Positions 16,947 to 26,160 of a stretch of DNA of 64,000 nt are shown piece by piece. A program made the translations under genes and the position numbers. Under the pieces are notes generated by a model, which did no database searches, had not been told where the DNA came from, and worked only from the letters and a program-made list of their open reading frames with translations. Source of the DNA: Promethearchaeota archaeon. GTDB lineage: Archaea > Asgardarchaeota > Lokiarchaeia > Sigyniarchaeales > SOKP01. The DNA is taken from assembly GCA_048939015.1 (NCBI GenBank), contig JBHLPW010000005.1, forward strand, positions 9,632 through 73,631, read 5' to 3'. Position 1 is the first letter of the stretch, and each line of letters opens with the position of its first letter.

Positions 16947-18875
16947 TTGATTATGGAAGAACAGTTTGACTATAAAAAGTTAGGTCTTAAGTGTGGACTA
17001 GAGATCCATCAACAACTCGATACAGAAAAAAAATTATTCTGTAGATGTCCAGCTAAACTTCAAGGAACTCGAGAACCTGACTTTACAATTAATAGAAAAA
17101 TGAGACCCGTTTTAGGTGAAATGGGAACTTATGATAAAGCAATGCTAACAGAGTACGAAAAAGGAATGGGAATTACATATGAAGGATATAATGATGTTGT
17201 ATGTACGTATGAGCTTGATGATACTCCGCCATTTTCCTGCAATAATGAAGCAAGAAAAATAGCCTTACAAATTGCAATGCTTTTAGATGCTAACATAATT
17301 GAAGAAATGCATGTGTGTCGAAAAAATTATTTAGATGGAAGTGTGCCCTGTGGATTTCAACGGACCATGATACTTGGTACTGATGGTTATGTAACTTTAG
17401 AAAGTGGTAAGCAAATAGGAATAGATATTTTAAGTCTGGAGGAAGAAGCTGCAAGAAAAATTAAAACTGAAAATAAACAGAATTTTTTTCGTTTGGATCG
17501 ACTAGGAATTCCATTGGTAGAAGTAACAACCAAACCAGATATAAATACTCCTGAAGAATGTCGAGAATGTGCTGAGAGAATCGGATTGTTATTGTGGTCA
17601 ACGAAAGTAAAAAAAGTTCTCGGTTCAATAAGACAAGATGTTAATGTAAGTATTAAAGCTGGAACCAGAATTGAAATTAAAGGTGTGCAGAAATTAGGAT
17701 GGATTCCGACATTGATCAATAAAGAAATTTCACGGCAACTAAGACTCCTTGAAATTAAAGAAGAACTAAAAAGAAGGAAATTATCTCCTAAAAGCATTCC
17801 AGAAAGAGCAATAGATTTAACTGATATATTATCTAATTCTAAATCCAATTTCATATCTAAAGGTATTAAATCGGGAAAAAAAGTATTAGGGATTAATTTT
17901 TTGGGATTTAAAGGGATTTTTGGGAAAGATTTAATGGAAAATTATAGATTTGGAACTGAAGTAAGTGGAAAAGTAAAATTAATATCCGGTTTAAGAGGAG
18001 TTATTCACTCTGATGAAGATTTAACAACATATAATTTTTCAAATGAAGATGTTAAAAAGATCAAAGAAAAATTAACTTCGAAAGAAAATGATTGTTTTGT
18101 ATTAGTGTTAGGAACTAAGAAGGAAGTGAAAAAAGCAATTACTGTAATAATCAATCGAGTTAAGTTCGCTTTCAAAGGTGTTCCTCCCGAAACTAGAAAA
18201 GCACTGGAAAATGGAAATACTGAATTTTTGAGAGAACTTCATGGAGGAGCTAGATTATATCCTGACACAGATTCCGAAGCTATTTTTAATTATGAAGAAG
18301 AAATTAACGAAATTAACAAAAATCTCCCAGAATATCCATGGGAAACGATAAACAAATATTCGAAAAAATATGAAACTGAAGAAAGATTGATAAAAGATCT
18401 AATTTTTACGGGTAAACTCAATTTATTCAATGATATAATAAAATTATTTCCAGATAATCCATCATTAATCTTCACAACTCTATTAGAAACTTCAACTGCC
18501 ATCAGAAGGGATGGGAAAGATATTGAAAATATCACTGACGATGATTATATTGAAATTTTCAGCCTTTTGAAAAAAAAAGAGATTAGTAAAGAAGCAATTG
18601 AAGAATTAATGAAACTTAAAGCGGATAATCCTGAACTTTCTATTAGTGAGATTAAGAATAAACTTAAAATTGAGAGTATTTCCATAGAAGATCTCAAAAA
18701 ACTAATAACCGAGATTGTAGATAAAAATTCTAATCTTATAAAAGAAAAAGAAATGAGGGCAAAAGGTCCGTTGATGGGAGAAGTCATGAAAAAAGCTCGA
18801 GGAAAAATCGATGGTGCTATTGTTTCTAAGGAATTAGAAAATTCTATTAATTTAAAAATTAAGGAGTTGAAATAA
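16947..18875 (+). CDS. gatE: Glutamyl-tRNA(Gln) amidotransferase subunit E
   Basis: GLEIHQQL, KLFC, RKxYLDGS, GFQRT, EEEAAR, RLDRLGIPLVE, IRQDVNVSI, RLYPDTD. Confidence 0.97.
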   Translation: MIMEEQFDYKKLGLKCGLEIHQQLDTEKKLFCRCPAKLQGTREPDFTINRKMRPVLGEMGTYDKAMLTEYEKGMGITYEGYNDVVCTYELDDTPPFSCNNEARKIALQIAMLLDANIIEEMHVCRKNYLDGSVPCGFQRTMILGTDGYVTLESGKQIGIDILSLEEEAARKIKTENKQNFFRLDRLGIPLVEVTTKPDINTPEECRECAERIGLLLWSTKVKKVLGSIRQDVNVSIKAGTRIEIKGVQKLGWIPTLINKEISRQLRLLEIKEELKRRKLSPKSIPERAIDLTDILSNSKSNFISKGIKSGKKVLGINFLGFKGIFGKDLMENYRFGTEVSGKVKLISGLRGVIHSDEDLTTYNFSNEDVKKIKEKLTSKENDCFVLVLGTKKEVKKAITVIINRVKFAFKGVPPETRKALENGNTEFLRELHGGARLYPDTDSEAIFNYEEEINEINKNLPEYPWETINKYSKKYETEERLIKDLIFTGKLNLFNDIIKLFPDNPSLIFTTLLETSTAIRRDGKDIENITDDDYIEIFSLLKKKEISKEAIEELMKLKADNPELSISEIKNKLKIESISIEDLKKLITEIVDKNSNLIKEKEMRAKGPLMGEVMKKARGKIDGAIVSKELENSINLKIKELK

Positions 18876-20234
18876 ATGGACGAAAAATTAAGAGGATATC
18901 GAGGAGAAGGCAAAGATCTATTAATAAAAAATAAACTTGAAATTTGGGATATTGTTCATATTAAAACAGATAAGACTAATTATGAGGGGATAATTTTACC
19001 TAGAAATGAATATTCCGCTCCAAATTTCATTAATATTAAATTAGACAATAATTATAATGTTGGAATAAATGTTTCTGAAATACAAGAAATCAATAAAATA
19101 GGAAAAAGGGAAGCGACCTACAAAATACCAGAAAAAGAATTTCCTATAAATAAGGAACTCCCAAATATAAAATTGTTTGGAACTGGTGGTACAATTGCTT
19201 CAAGATTAGATTATACAACAGGAGCAGTTATACCTTCTTTCACACCAGGAGAATTATTTAGTGCTGTTCCAGAATTAGCAGAGATATGTAATCTTGATTG
19301 CGAAATTGTTTTTGAAATTCTTTCAGAAAATATGAAGCCTGAAAATTGGAAAAAATTAGCAGAAAGAGTTGTAGATACTGCAAATTCCGGAATGGATGGA
19401 ATTATAATAGGTCATGGAACTGATACAATGTCTTATACTAGCTCAGCACTTTCTTTTATGATAAAAGACTTATCCATTCCGGTTGTCCTCGTTGGAAGTC
19501 AGAGAAGTTCTGATAGACCTTCCTCAGATGCAGCACAAAATTTGATAAATGCTGCCATAGTAGCAAAGTCAGATATCGCTGAAGTGGTTATTACAATGCT
19601 AGGTTCACAATCTCACGACTATGGATTAATTCATAGAGGAACTCTTGTAAGGAAAATGCACTCTTCTGTTAGAAATACATTTAGAACAATAAATAATATA
19701 CCACTTGGTATGGTTCAAGATAGAGCCATTAAAATGTTTACTGAAGAATATAAAAAAAGATCTAAATCTAAAGCAACTGCAATCACTAATTTCGAAAAGA
19801 AGATCGCTTTAGTATATTCTTATCCAGGAACAGATAACGAACTAATCGATTTCTACATTGATAAAGGATATAAGGGAATTGTAATAGTAGGAACAGGATT
19901 AGGCCATGTTTCAACTACTATTTATGAATCTATAAAAAGAGCTATTCAAGAGGGGATCACTATTATAATGACTACCCAGACACTCCATGGATTTATAGGC
20001 ATGAACGTCTATTCAACTGGAAGAGAATTACTAAATATGGGAGTCATTCCAGGAAGAAACTTATTACCAGAAACAGCATATATTAAACTGGGTTGGGTAT
20101 TAGGACAAACTAACAATTCTGAAGAAGTTAAGAGGTTACTATTAGCGAACATAGCAGGTGAATATTTGGAAAGAGAAATTCCCATTGCTTTTAATTATAA
20201 TATTGATGAATTACTAAAATCTAAAAAACTCTAA
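18876..20234 (+). CDS. gatD: Glutamyl-tRNA(Gln) amidotransferase subunit D
   Basis: GTGGTIASRLDY, HGTDTM, GSQRSSDRPSSDA, GTGLGH; adjacent to gatE. Confidence 0.97.
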   Translation: MDEKLRGYRGEGKDLLIKNKLEIWDIVHIKTDKTNYEGIILPRNEYSAPNFINIKLDNNYNVGINVSEIQEINKIGKREATYKIPEKEFPINKELPNIKLFGTGGTIASRLDYTTGAVIPSFTPGELFSAVPELAEICNLDCEIVFEILSENMKPENWKKLAERVVDTANSGMDGIIIGHGTDTMSYTSSALSFMIKDLSIPVVLVGSQRSSDRPSSDAAQNLINAAIVAKSDIAEVVITMLGSQSHDYGLIHRGTLVRKMHSSVRNTFRTINNIPLGMVQDRAIKMFTEEYKKRSKSKATAITNFEKKIALVYSYPGTDNELIDFYIDKGYKGIVIVGTGLGHVSTTIYESIKRAIQEGITIIMTTQTLHGFIGMNVYSTGRELLNMGVIPGRNLLPETAYIKLGWVLGQTNNSEEVKRLLLANIAGEYLEREIPIAFNYNIDELLKSKKL

Positions 20235-20262
20235 TTCCAAATCCATTTTACGCAAAAAGATA

Positions 20263-20278
20263 AAAAATTTATAGTTTA
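20263..20278 (+). promoter_or_regulatory. BRE/TATA promoter of rpl2
   Basis: AAAAATTTATAGTTTA ~40 nt upstream of the start; identical 16-mer upstream of rpl37ae. Confidence 0.55.
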
Positions 20279-20318
20279 GATTATTTAAGTTCATAATCAG
20301 AGATTACTGTGATGTAGT

Positions 20319-21050
20319 TTGGGAAAACGAATATTGGCACAGCGGAAAGGTAGGGGTGTCCTAGGTTTTAGATCTCCTAGTCATCGGCATGCTGGACAAG
20401 TAAAATATCGTCCATTTAAAAAAGATGAGAAATTATTTAAATTTAAAGTAATTGATCTTATTCATTCTCCAGGAAGAGGAGCCCCACTAGCTCAAATTCA
20501 ATATCAAGATAATAATGAGAAAGCTTTATGGCTACCTCCAGAAGGAATCTATGTAGGACAAGAATTTATACAATCTAAAACAGGTTATGGCCAATCAGTC
20601 GAGGTTGGTAATATTTTACCCTTAAAGAAAATGCCTATAGGAACTCTTGTTTTTAATATAGAGGCAACACCTCAAGATGGAGGTAAATTCGCACGAGCTT
20701 CGGGAGTAGCTGCAATTGTGAGAAACAAATCGAAAACCCAAGTTGAATTACTTTTTCGATCCAAGAAAACAAAATGGATTAACGAAAATTGCTTAGCTAC
20801 CATCGGAGTTGTTGCTGGTGGAGGTCGTACTGACAAACCATTCCTTAAAGCTGGAAATAAGTTTTATTATGTGAAATCTAAAGCAAAAAAGTGGCCAGTA
20901 GTGCGAGGTGTCGCTATGGTAGCCGCAAGTCACCCATATGGTGGAGGTGCAAAGCAATCACCTCACAAATCTACTACAACAAGCAGAAATGCGCCACCAG
21001 GACGTAAGGTTGGCCAAATTGCTGCAAGACGAACTGGACATCAGAATTAA
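20319..21050 (+). CDS. rpl2: 50S ribosomal protein uL2 (TTG start)
   Basis: MGKRILAQRKGRG, HSPGRGAP, GGKFARASG, WPVVRGVAM, HPYGGG, PPGRKVG. Confidence 0.97.
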   Translation: MGKRILAQRKGRGVLGFRSPSHRHAGQVKYRPFKKDEKLFKFKVIDLIHSPGRGAPLAQIQYQDNNEKALWLPPEGIYVGQEFIQSKTGYGQSVEVGNILPLKKMPIGTLVFNIEATPQDGGKFARASGVAAIVRNKSKTQVELLFRSKKTKWINENCLATIGVVAGGGRTDKPFLKAGNKFYYVKSKAKKWPVVRGVAMVAASHPYGGGAKQSPHKSTTTSRNAPPGRKVGQIAARRTGHQN

Positions 21051-21176
21051 GTGGTTTATATTAAATTTATCTAGTTCTTTCTCAAAATTTAATATCTAAG
21101 TTTTTCACCAAAAGCTTATGAAATAAAGATTGCGCCCCCTCAACCCTTAACAAACAAAAAAATGGAAAAGAAAAAT

Positions 21177-22073
21177 TTAGTTTAATGATGCATTAAAATT
21201 GAAGGAGATATTTTGTAAAAATTCCTTATATCTTGAGCGAAGAGTCACTTCTGTGACCCCTATTACTCTTGATATATCCTTTTGACTTACTTTTTGATTC
21301 TTTAATTTAGATACTAAATATATCGAACCTGCACACAACCCTTTAGGATCTTTACCACATATGGAAGTGTTTTCAATAAAGTTTTTTAATACTTGTATTG
21401 CTTCTTTTTCAATATTAATATCTAATCCTAAATCTGCGCAATAACGTGGTATAAGGGATACAGGATCAATATGAGGTGATTTTAAGTTCAATTCTCTTAC
21501 TAAAATCTTATAGCATTTCTTCACAATATTATCATTTATTGAAGCTTCTTCTAAGATTTCTTGAAGAGTAATAGGAACCCTTTCTTGTTTGCATACATAA
21601 TATGCACATGCTGCAATCATACCATTTATAGATCTGCCCCTTAAGAGATTCTTTTTAAATACTTCTTTATAAAGCCGAACAGCTGACTTTTTTACTCGCT
21701 CTGGAAAATTTAAATTGCCACCAATTCTTTTTAATTCAGTTATAGCAATAAGCATATTACGTTTTTCCCATGATAAATGAGTATTCCATTTTGCTGCCCT
21801 TCTTAAATCAGGATTTTTAATTTTTGTCCTATCAATAATTGTACTTAGGCCTATATCAGGCATTAAAATTGAAATTGGACAACCAGTTCTTTCTTTTTTA
21901 TCTTTCTCTTGTTTTGAATAAGCCCTTATACCACTGTGAGTCACATCAACTGCCTTTTCGGATACAACCAAACCGCAATGTTGACAAACAATCTCCCCTC
22001 TTTGATGAATATCAATCGTAGAGCCGCCACATTCGGGACAAAAGCCTGTTTGTGTTGTAATTTCGACAACCAT
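21177..22073 (-). CDS. tfb: Transcription initiation factor IIB (TFB)
   Basis: CPECG...CQHCG Zn-ribbon, two cyclin repeats, GRSI, GKDP, VTEVTLRSRY. Confidence 0.95.
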   Translation of the reverse strand: MVVEITTQTGFCPECGGSTIDIHQRGEIVCQHCGLVVSEKAVDVTHSGIRAYSKQEKDKKERTGCPISILMPDIGLSTIIDRTKIKNPDLRRAAKWNTHLSWEKRNMLIAITELKRIGGNLNFPERVKKSAVRLYKEVFKKNLLRGRSINGMIAACAYYVCKQERVPITLQEILEEASINDNIVKKCYKILVRELNLKSPHIDPVSLIPRYCADLGLDINIEKEAIQVLKNFIENTSICGKDPKGLCAGSIYLVSKLKNQKVSQKDISRVIGVTEVTLRSRYKEFLQNISFNFNASLN

Positions 22074-22135
22074 CTATATTTACCCTTAACCTATTATCAA
22101 AAATTTATTTTTTTTTATTTTTTTACACACACATA

Positions 22136-22158
22136 ACAACAAATATAATATTTGTTGT
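22136..22158. promoter_or_regulatory. Perfect 11-bp inverted repeat, putative operator upstream of tfb
   Basis: ACAACAAATAT-A-ATATTTGTTGT; extra TTTGTTGT copies at 22171-22178 and 22288-22295. Confidence 0.55.
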
Positions 22159-22551
22159 AAAAAACTAATTTTTGTTGTTATAATAATAAATGTCGTTTGC
22201 ATATTTAAATGTTATTGTGCTAACAAACTATGTGCAAAAAAACTTGAAGATGGGTTTATTTGTATAAAAAAACATCTAGGTAAAAAATTTGTTGTAATGT
22301 ATTTTTAGCACAAATTATATCTTTTTCAATTTAAAAATGACATAATACCCTCATATATTATTTTTTTAATATTTGATACAAGAATTTGTGTACAAATTTT
22401 GAATTATTTCCTACAAAATTTTTTAACACACTTTTTTAAGAACCTTCAAAATTGATCATGACTCGGACTAATGATGTTTTCACAATAATTAAATAATAGT
22501 TCTTTTATTATGGTTGCAAGCAAAATTTAGTTAGAAATTTGTGGTGCAAAA

Positions 22552-23487
22552 ATCACCGATCCTGAGAAAAAAGAGGAAAAACCTGCTGCAAATAAGAATA
22601 ATGATGAGACTTATATGAGTGAAGAAGATAATTCAATTAAGAAAACACCAGAAATGGAGAGATATGAAAAGGAGACTCAACGATATGCGATCTGGCGAGG
22701 AACTATTACCGAAGGTTTTAGAAAGTGGCAAAAAGGAGAGAAAATTTATCAACGAGACAAAGAACGAATATCTTTATATGTTTCTGAAGAAACTAAAAAT
22801 AAATGGAAGTCTTACATTGAAAATGATGGAGACCTTACAATTTCAAAACTTATCCGAGAAGCAGTTGCAGCATTTATAGAGAGTGAGACGAATGGCTCTC
22901 AGTATAATCTTTCAAAATTAAATCCTCAAACAATTTCAAATATTTCTCACACTTTAAAAGAACCTCTTACTTCGATTAAAGGGTATTCACAGTTATTACT
23001 AGAGAACTATCAGGATAAATTAAATACTCAAGTGTTTGACACTGTAAAAAATATCTTTGAGCAAAGCCTTCTTCTTGAGAAGAAAATAATCAGTATTCTC
23101 GATAATATGAAGGTCGAATCAGAATACGATGTTTTATTAATCGAAGATGATTTGGCGACAATTCGGTTAATAACAAGTTATTTTGATAGTAAAGGGTTCA
23201 AATGTAAAGGTGTTGTCAGTGGATCAAAAGGTTTGGAGGAATTAGGAAATACAATCCCAAAATTGATTTTGTTAGATATTATTTTACCTGATTTAAGCGG
23301 ATATGATATTTGCAAAACGATAAAGTCTGATAAGGAATGGGCAAATATACCAATCTTTTTCTTGACAGCTATTGCAGGGGCAGAAGTAAAAAAGAATTTA
23401 AAAGAAACTAAGGCTGATGGATTCATTTTGAAACCATTTAATTTTTCTGATTTTGAAGTAATTTTTGATATTTTGAATAAAAACTAA
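22552..23487 (+). CDS. RHH + HisKA(DHp) + receiver domain regulator; probable ATC start at 22552 (first ATG 22615)
   Basis: RISLYVSEETK..W...TISKLIREAV (RHH); SHTLKEPLTSIKGYSQLL (DHp); IEDD, LLD, LTA, KPF (REC); no HATPase domain. Confidence 0.85.
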   Translation: MTDPEKKEEKPAANKNNDETYMSEEDNSIKKTPEMERYEKETQRYAIWRGTITEGFRKWQKGEKIYQRDKERISLYVSEETKNKWKSYIENDGDLTISKLIREAVAAFIESETNGSQYNLSKLNPQTISNISHTLKEPLTSIKGYSQLLLENYQDKLNTQVFDTVKNIFEQSLLLEKKIISILDNMKVESEYDVLLIEDDLATIRLITSYFDSKGFKCKGVVSGSKGLEELGNTIPKLILLDIILPDLSGYDICKTIKSDKEWANIPIFFLTAIAGAEVKKNLKETKADGFILKPFNFSDFEVIFDILNKN

Positions 23488-23792
23488 TTCTAATTGAATA
23501 ACTTTTAGGAACACTTTTTATTTATAATTTAATTACCATATTCAAAAATATTTGGACATAATCCAGATAACATAATAACTTTATAATAAAAAACATTTAT
23601 AAATGGATAAAAAACTATACAATATTGTAAATAATGGTAAATTCTAGAGGGTTTTTTATTAAAAAAATAGAAAGAATCAAAATACTGGAGGTTTCGTTAT
23701 CAATTTAGCTATTTATTTTTTATAACTAAAAACTCTTTAATACTATAATTTTTACAAAATACTATATATATGATAAAAAAAGGGGAACACCA

Positions 23793-24758
23793 GTGTCTAG
23801 CAATAAAAAAAATTCTGAAAAAAAGGAAAATAAAAAGAATAATGATGATAAATCTGAAAAAAGATTTATGACTGATGAAGAAATCGATAATCTTGATTTA
23901 AACAGTAAGCAAGCAGAAGACTTGATGAAACAATATGAGGATGAAACTGAAAAATATGCTAAATGGCGTGGTTCCATTACTGAAGGATTTAAGAAGTGGT
24001 TAAAAGGAGAAAAAATCTATGATAGAGATAAAGAAAGAATTTCATTATATGTGTCTGAGGAAACAAAGCAGCAATGGCAAGATTTTAAAGATTCTCATGA
24101 ATATTCAACGATTTCAGCTTTAATAAGGGATAGTGTTGACTTTTTTATAGATCAAAAATCAGATGAGATAGGAGAGAGTTTGCGTAAAATGGATGAGAAA
24201 ACGATTTCTAATATTTCTCATGCATTAAAAGAACCACTTACATCTATAAAAGGATTTAGTCAGCTCCTTCTTGAAAATTATGGAGATGAATTGAATGAAG
24301 AAATCCTGCTAACCGTTAAAAATATTTTTGATCAGAGCTTACTCCTTGAAAACAAAATAATTAACGTCTTGGATAATATTGTTTCTGAAGAACCCCACTC
24401 TCAGTATGATATTCTTCTTATTGAAGACGATTTAGCAACCATCCGATTGCTTACAAGTTATTTCGAAAGTAAAGGATATGTATGCAAAGGAGTTGTAAGT
24501 GGAACCAAGGGTTTAGAGGAATTAAGGGGAGGGATTCCAAGACTTATTCTGTTAGATATCATACTTCCTGATATCTCTGGTTATGAGATTTGCAGAATGA
24601 TTAAGAATGATAAACGATATCAGGATCTTCCTATATATTTGCTAACCGCTATACCAGGTTCTGAAGTTGAGAAGAAAATGAGTGAAACTAAAGCTGATGG
24701 TTATATTTTAAAACCATTTGATTTTTCGGATTTTGAGGTAGTTTTTCAATTTTTATAA
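23793..24758 (+). CDS. RHH + HisKA(DHp) + receiver domain regulator, paralog (GTG start)
   Basis: Same architecture: RISLYVSEETK, SHALKEPLTSIKGFSQLL, IEDD/LLD/LTA/KPF. Confidence 0.88.
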   Translation: MSSNKKNSEKKENKKNNDDKSEKRFMTDEEIDNLDLNSKQAEDLMKQYEDETEKYAKWRGSITEGFKKWLKGEKIYDRDKERISLYVSEETKQQWQDFKDSHEYSTISALIRDSVDFFIDQKSDEIGESLRKMDEKTISNISHALKEPLTSIKGFSQLLLENYGDELNEEILLTVKNIFDQSLLLENKIINVLDNIVSEEPHSQYDILLIEDDLATIRLLTSYFESKGYVCKGVVSGTKGLEELRGGIPRLILLDIILPDISGYEICRMIKNDKRYQDLPIYLLTAIPGSEVEKKMSETKADGYILKPFDFSDFEVVFQFL

Positions 24759-24760
24759 TG

Positions 24761-25618
24761 TTAAAAATTTATATTTGAACTATTTTTAATCCAAAAACCT
24801 TGAGTTGGTTTTTCAATTTTCCATCTCTTACAATAATTTATAATTGTTGTATCTGATACTCCATATAGTTTAGCTATTTTAGATATGGGTATTTCCCATA
24901 CCAATTTTTCAAGTTTTTCTTTACCAATTACTAATTTTCTTTTATTCCCATGTTTCCATGCATTTTTTCTTATTTTCTCAACTCTTTCTTCTTTCGATGA
25001 AAACTTAATTCTCTTTCTTGGCAGGCTATACTTATAATTATCCATCATTTCACTGAATAATTCACTCCCTAAATACAAATCAAATGCATGTCCGAAACCT
25101 GATTTCTCATGAATTTTTGTATGTAAATTAAAAAACTCTTTGATTTGTTGTAAGAATTTTTTACTACCTGATGTAATCTTTGAAGTCCCTTGTGTCCCAT
25201 CGCCATCAAAATATCCCAAAAGAAAAGCTAGATAAAAAGCTCTCGTATTCAATTTTGGCAATTCAATTACCTTTGATTTTCGTAAACACACACCCTTTGA
25301 AATTAAATCACTTAAAAGTTTTTTATTTCCTAGACGAATTCTAACTGTATTAGAATCTTTATGATATGATTTATATTTCTTTTCAAATCTTATAGTCTTA
25401 CAAAATGTCTCAATAAGATACTCATCTTTCTTATTAATTTCAATTTTGAACCTATATCTATCGATACCTCGCTTATCTACAGTTATTCCTCCATCTGCAT
25501 ATATAAATCCCAACCAATATGCTTTTTCTTTAGAATTTATAACTTCAAAGTAATTTTCTTTAAGATTGGGATGCAGCTTTGATCTTCTCCTATCTTTTTT
25601 AGCTTCTTCATTAATCAT
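24761..25618 (-). CDS. Free-standing double-motif LAGLIDADG homing endonuclease-like protein with C-terminal HTH
   Basis: AYWLGFIYADG and AFLLGYFDGDG; C-terminal ISKIAKLYGVSDTTIINYC; no intein splice motifs seen. Confidence 0.85.
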   Translation of the reverse strand: MINEEAKKDRRRSKLHPNLKENYFEVINSKEKAYWLGFIYADGGITVDKRGIDRYRFKIEINKKDEYLIETFCKTIRFEKKYKSYHKDSNTVRIRLGNKKLLSDLISKGVCLRKSKVIELPKLNTRAFYLAFLLGYFDGDGTQGTSKITSGSKKFLQQIKEFFNLHTKIHEKSGFGHAFDLYLGSELFSEMMDNYKYSLPRKRIKFSSKEERVEKIRKNAWKHGNKRKLVIGKEKLEKLVWEIPISKIAKLYGVSDTTIINYCKRWKIEKPTQGFWIKNSSNINF

Positions 25619-25739
25619 AAGAATTTCACATAAAAAAGTGTAAAAAGATTAAAGAAATTAAGATTAGGTTCAGTAATAATACTTTAGACCCAAAGAATTT
25701 TATGAAATGCTTTATAATGATAATTAAAAGGAAATTAAA

Positions 25740-25842
25740 CGGGCTATGAGGGAATTTCGCACTCGTCTTCTTCGAGGAATGTTTCGAACCCCCGACCTGC
25801 CGGTTAAGAGCCGGTTGCGCTACCTGCCTGCGCCAATAGCCC
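25740..25842 (-). tRNA. tRNA-Lys(CTT) with 29-nt non-canonical intron at position 59/60 (25754-25782)
   Basis: GGGCTAT/ATAGCCC acceptor stem, anticodon loop CT-CTT-AA, canonical BHB GGGGG-TTCG-AAA-CATTC / GAGTG-CGAA-ATT-CCCTC. Confidence 0.92.
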
Positions 25843-25881
25843 TTTGATTTAATTTTAATATAATCATAGAACTCTATAAAA

Positions 25882-25983
25882 CGCAGATGGAGGGACTCGA
25901 ACCCCCGAGCGCTCACGCGCACCGGCTCGCTTGAATATAGACGATTCTCAAGGCCGGCGTCTTACCAGCTAGGCTACATCTGC
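25882..25983 (-). tRNA. tRNA-Ser(TGA) with 19-nt canonical 37/38 intron
   Basis: GCAGATG/CATCTGC acceptor stem, CT-TGA-G, central helix CTTG/CAAG, long variable arm, TTCGAGT loop. Confidence 0.92.
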
Positions 25984-26160
25984 TAATTTTAGATATTATG
26001 TAATTTTTTAATATTTTATGATTATTAGCTATTAATTTAGAGTACATGCTATAAAATAAATTTTGTTCATTTTTCATTGCTTCTTAACTATTTTCATGTT
26101 GTTTATAAGGAAAACTATAAATTTTATGCTACATTGACCTCTACTTAAGTTGGTGAAGAA

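Noticed and set aside
21121-21170. GC-rich patch (GCGCCCCCTCAACCC) between rpl2 and tfb
   Set aside because: No convincing stem or second copy found; noted only as a possible 3' element.
25626-25922. 98-aa minus-strand ORF
   Set aside because: Overlaps tRNA-Lys and tRNA-Ser(TGA); a shadow of the tRNA sequence.
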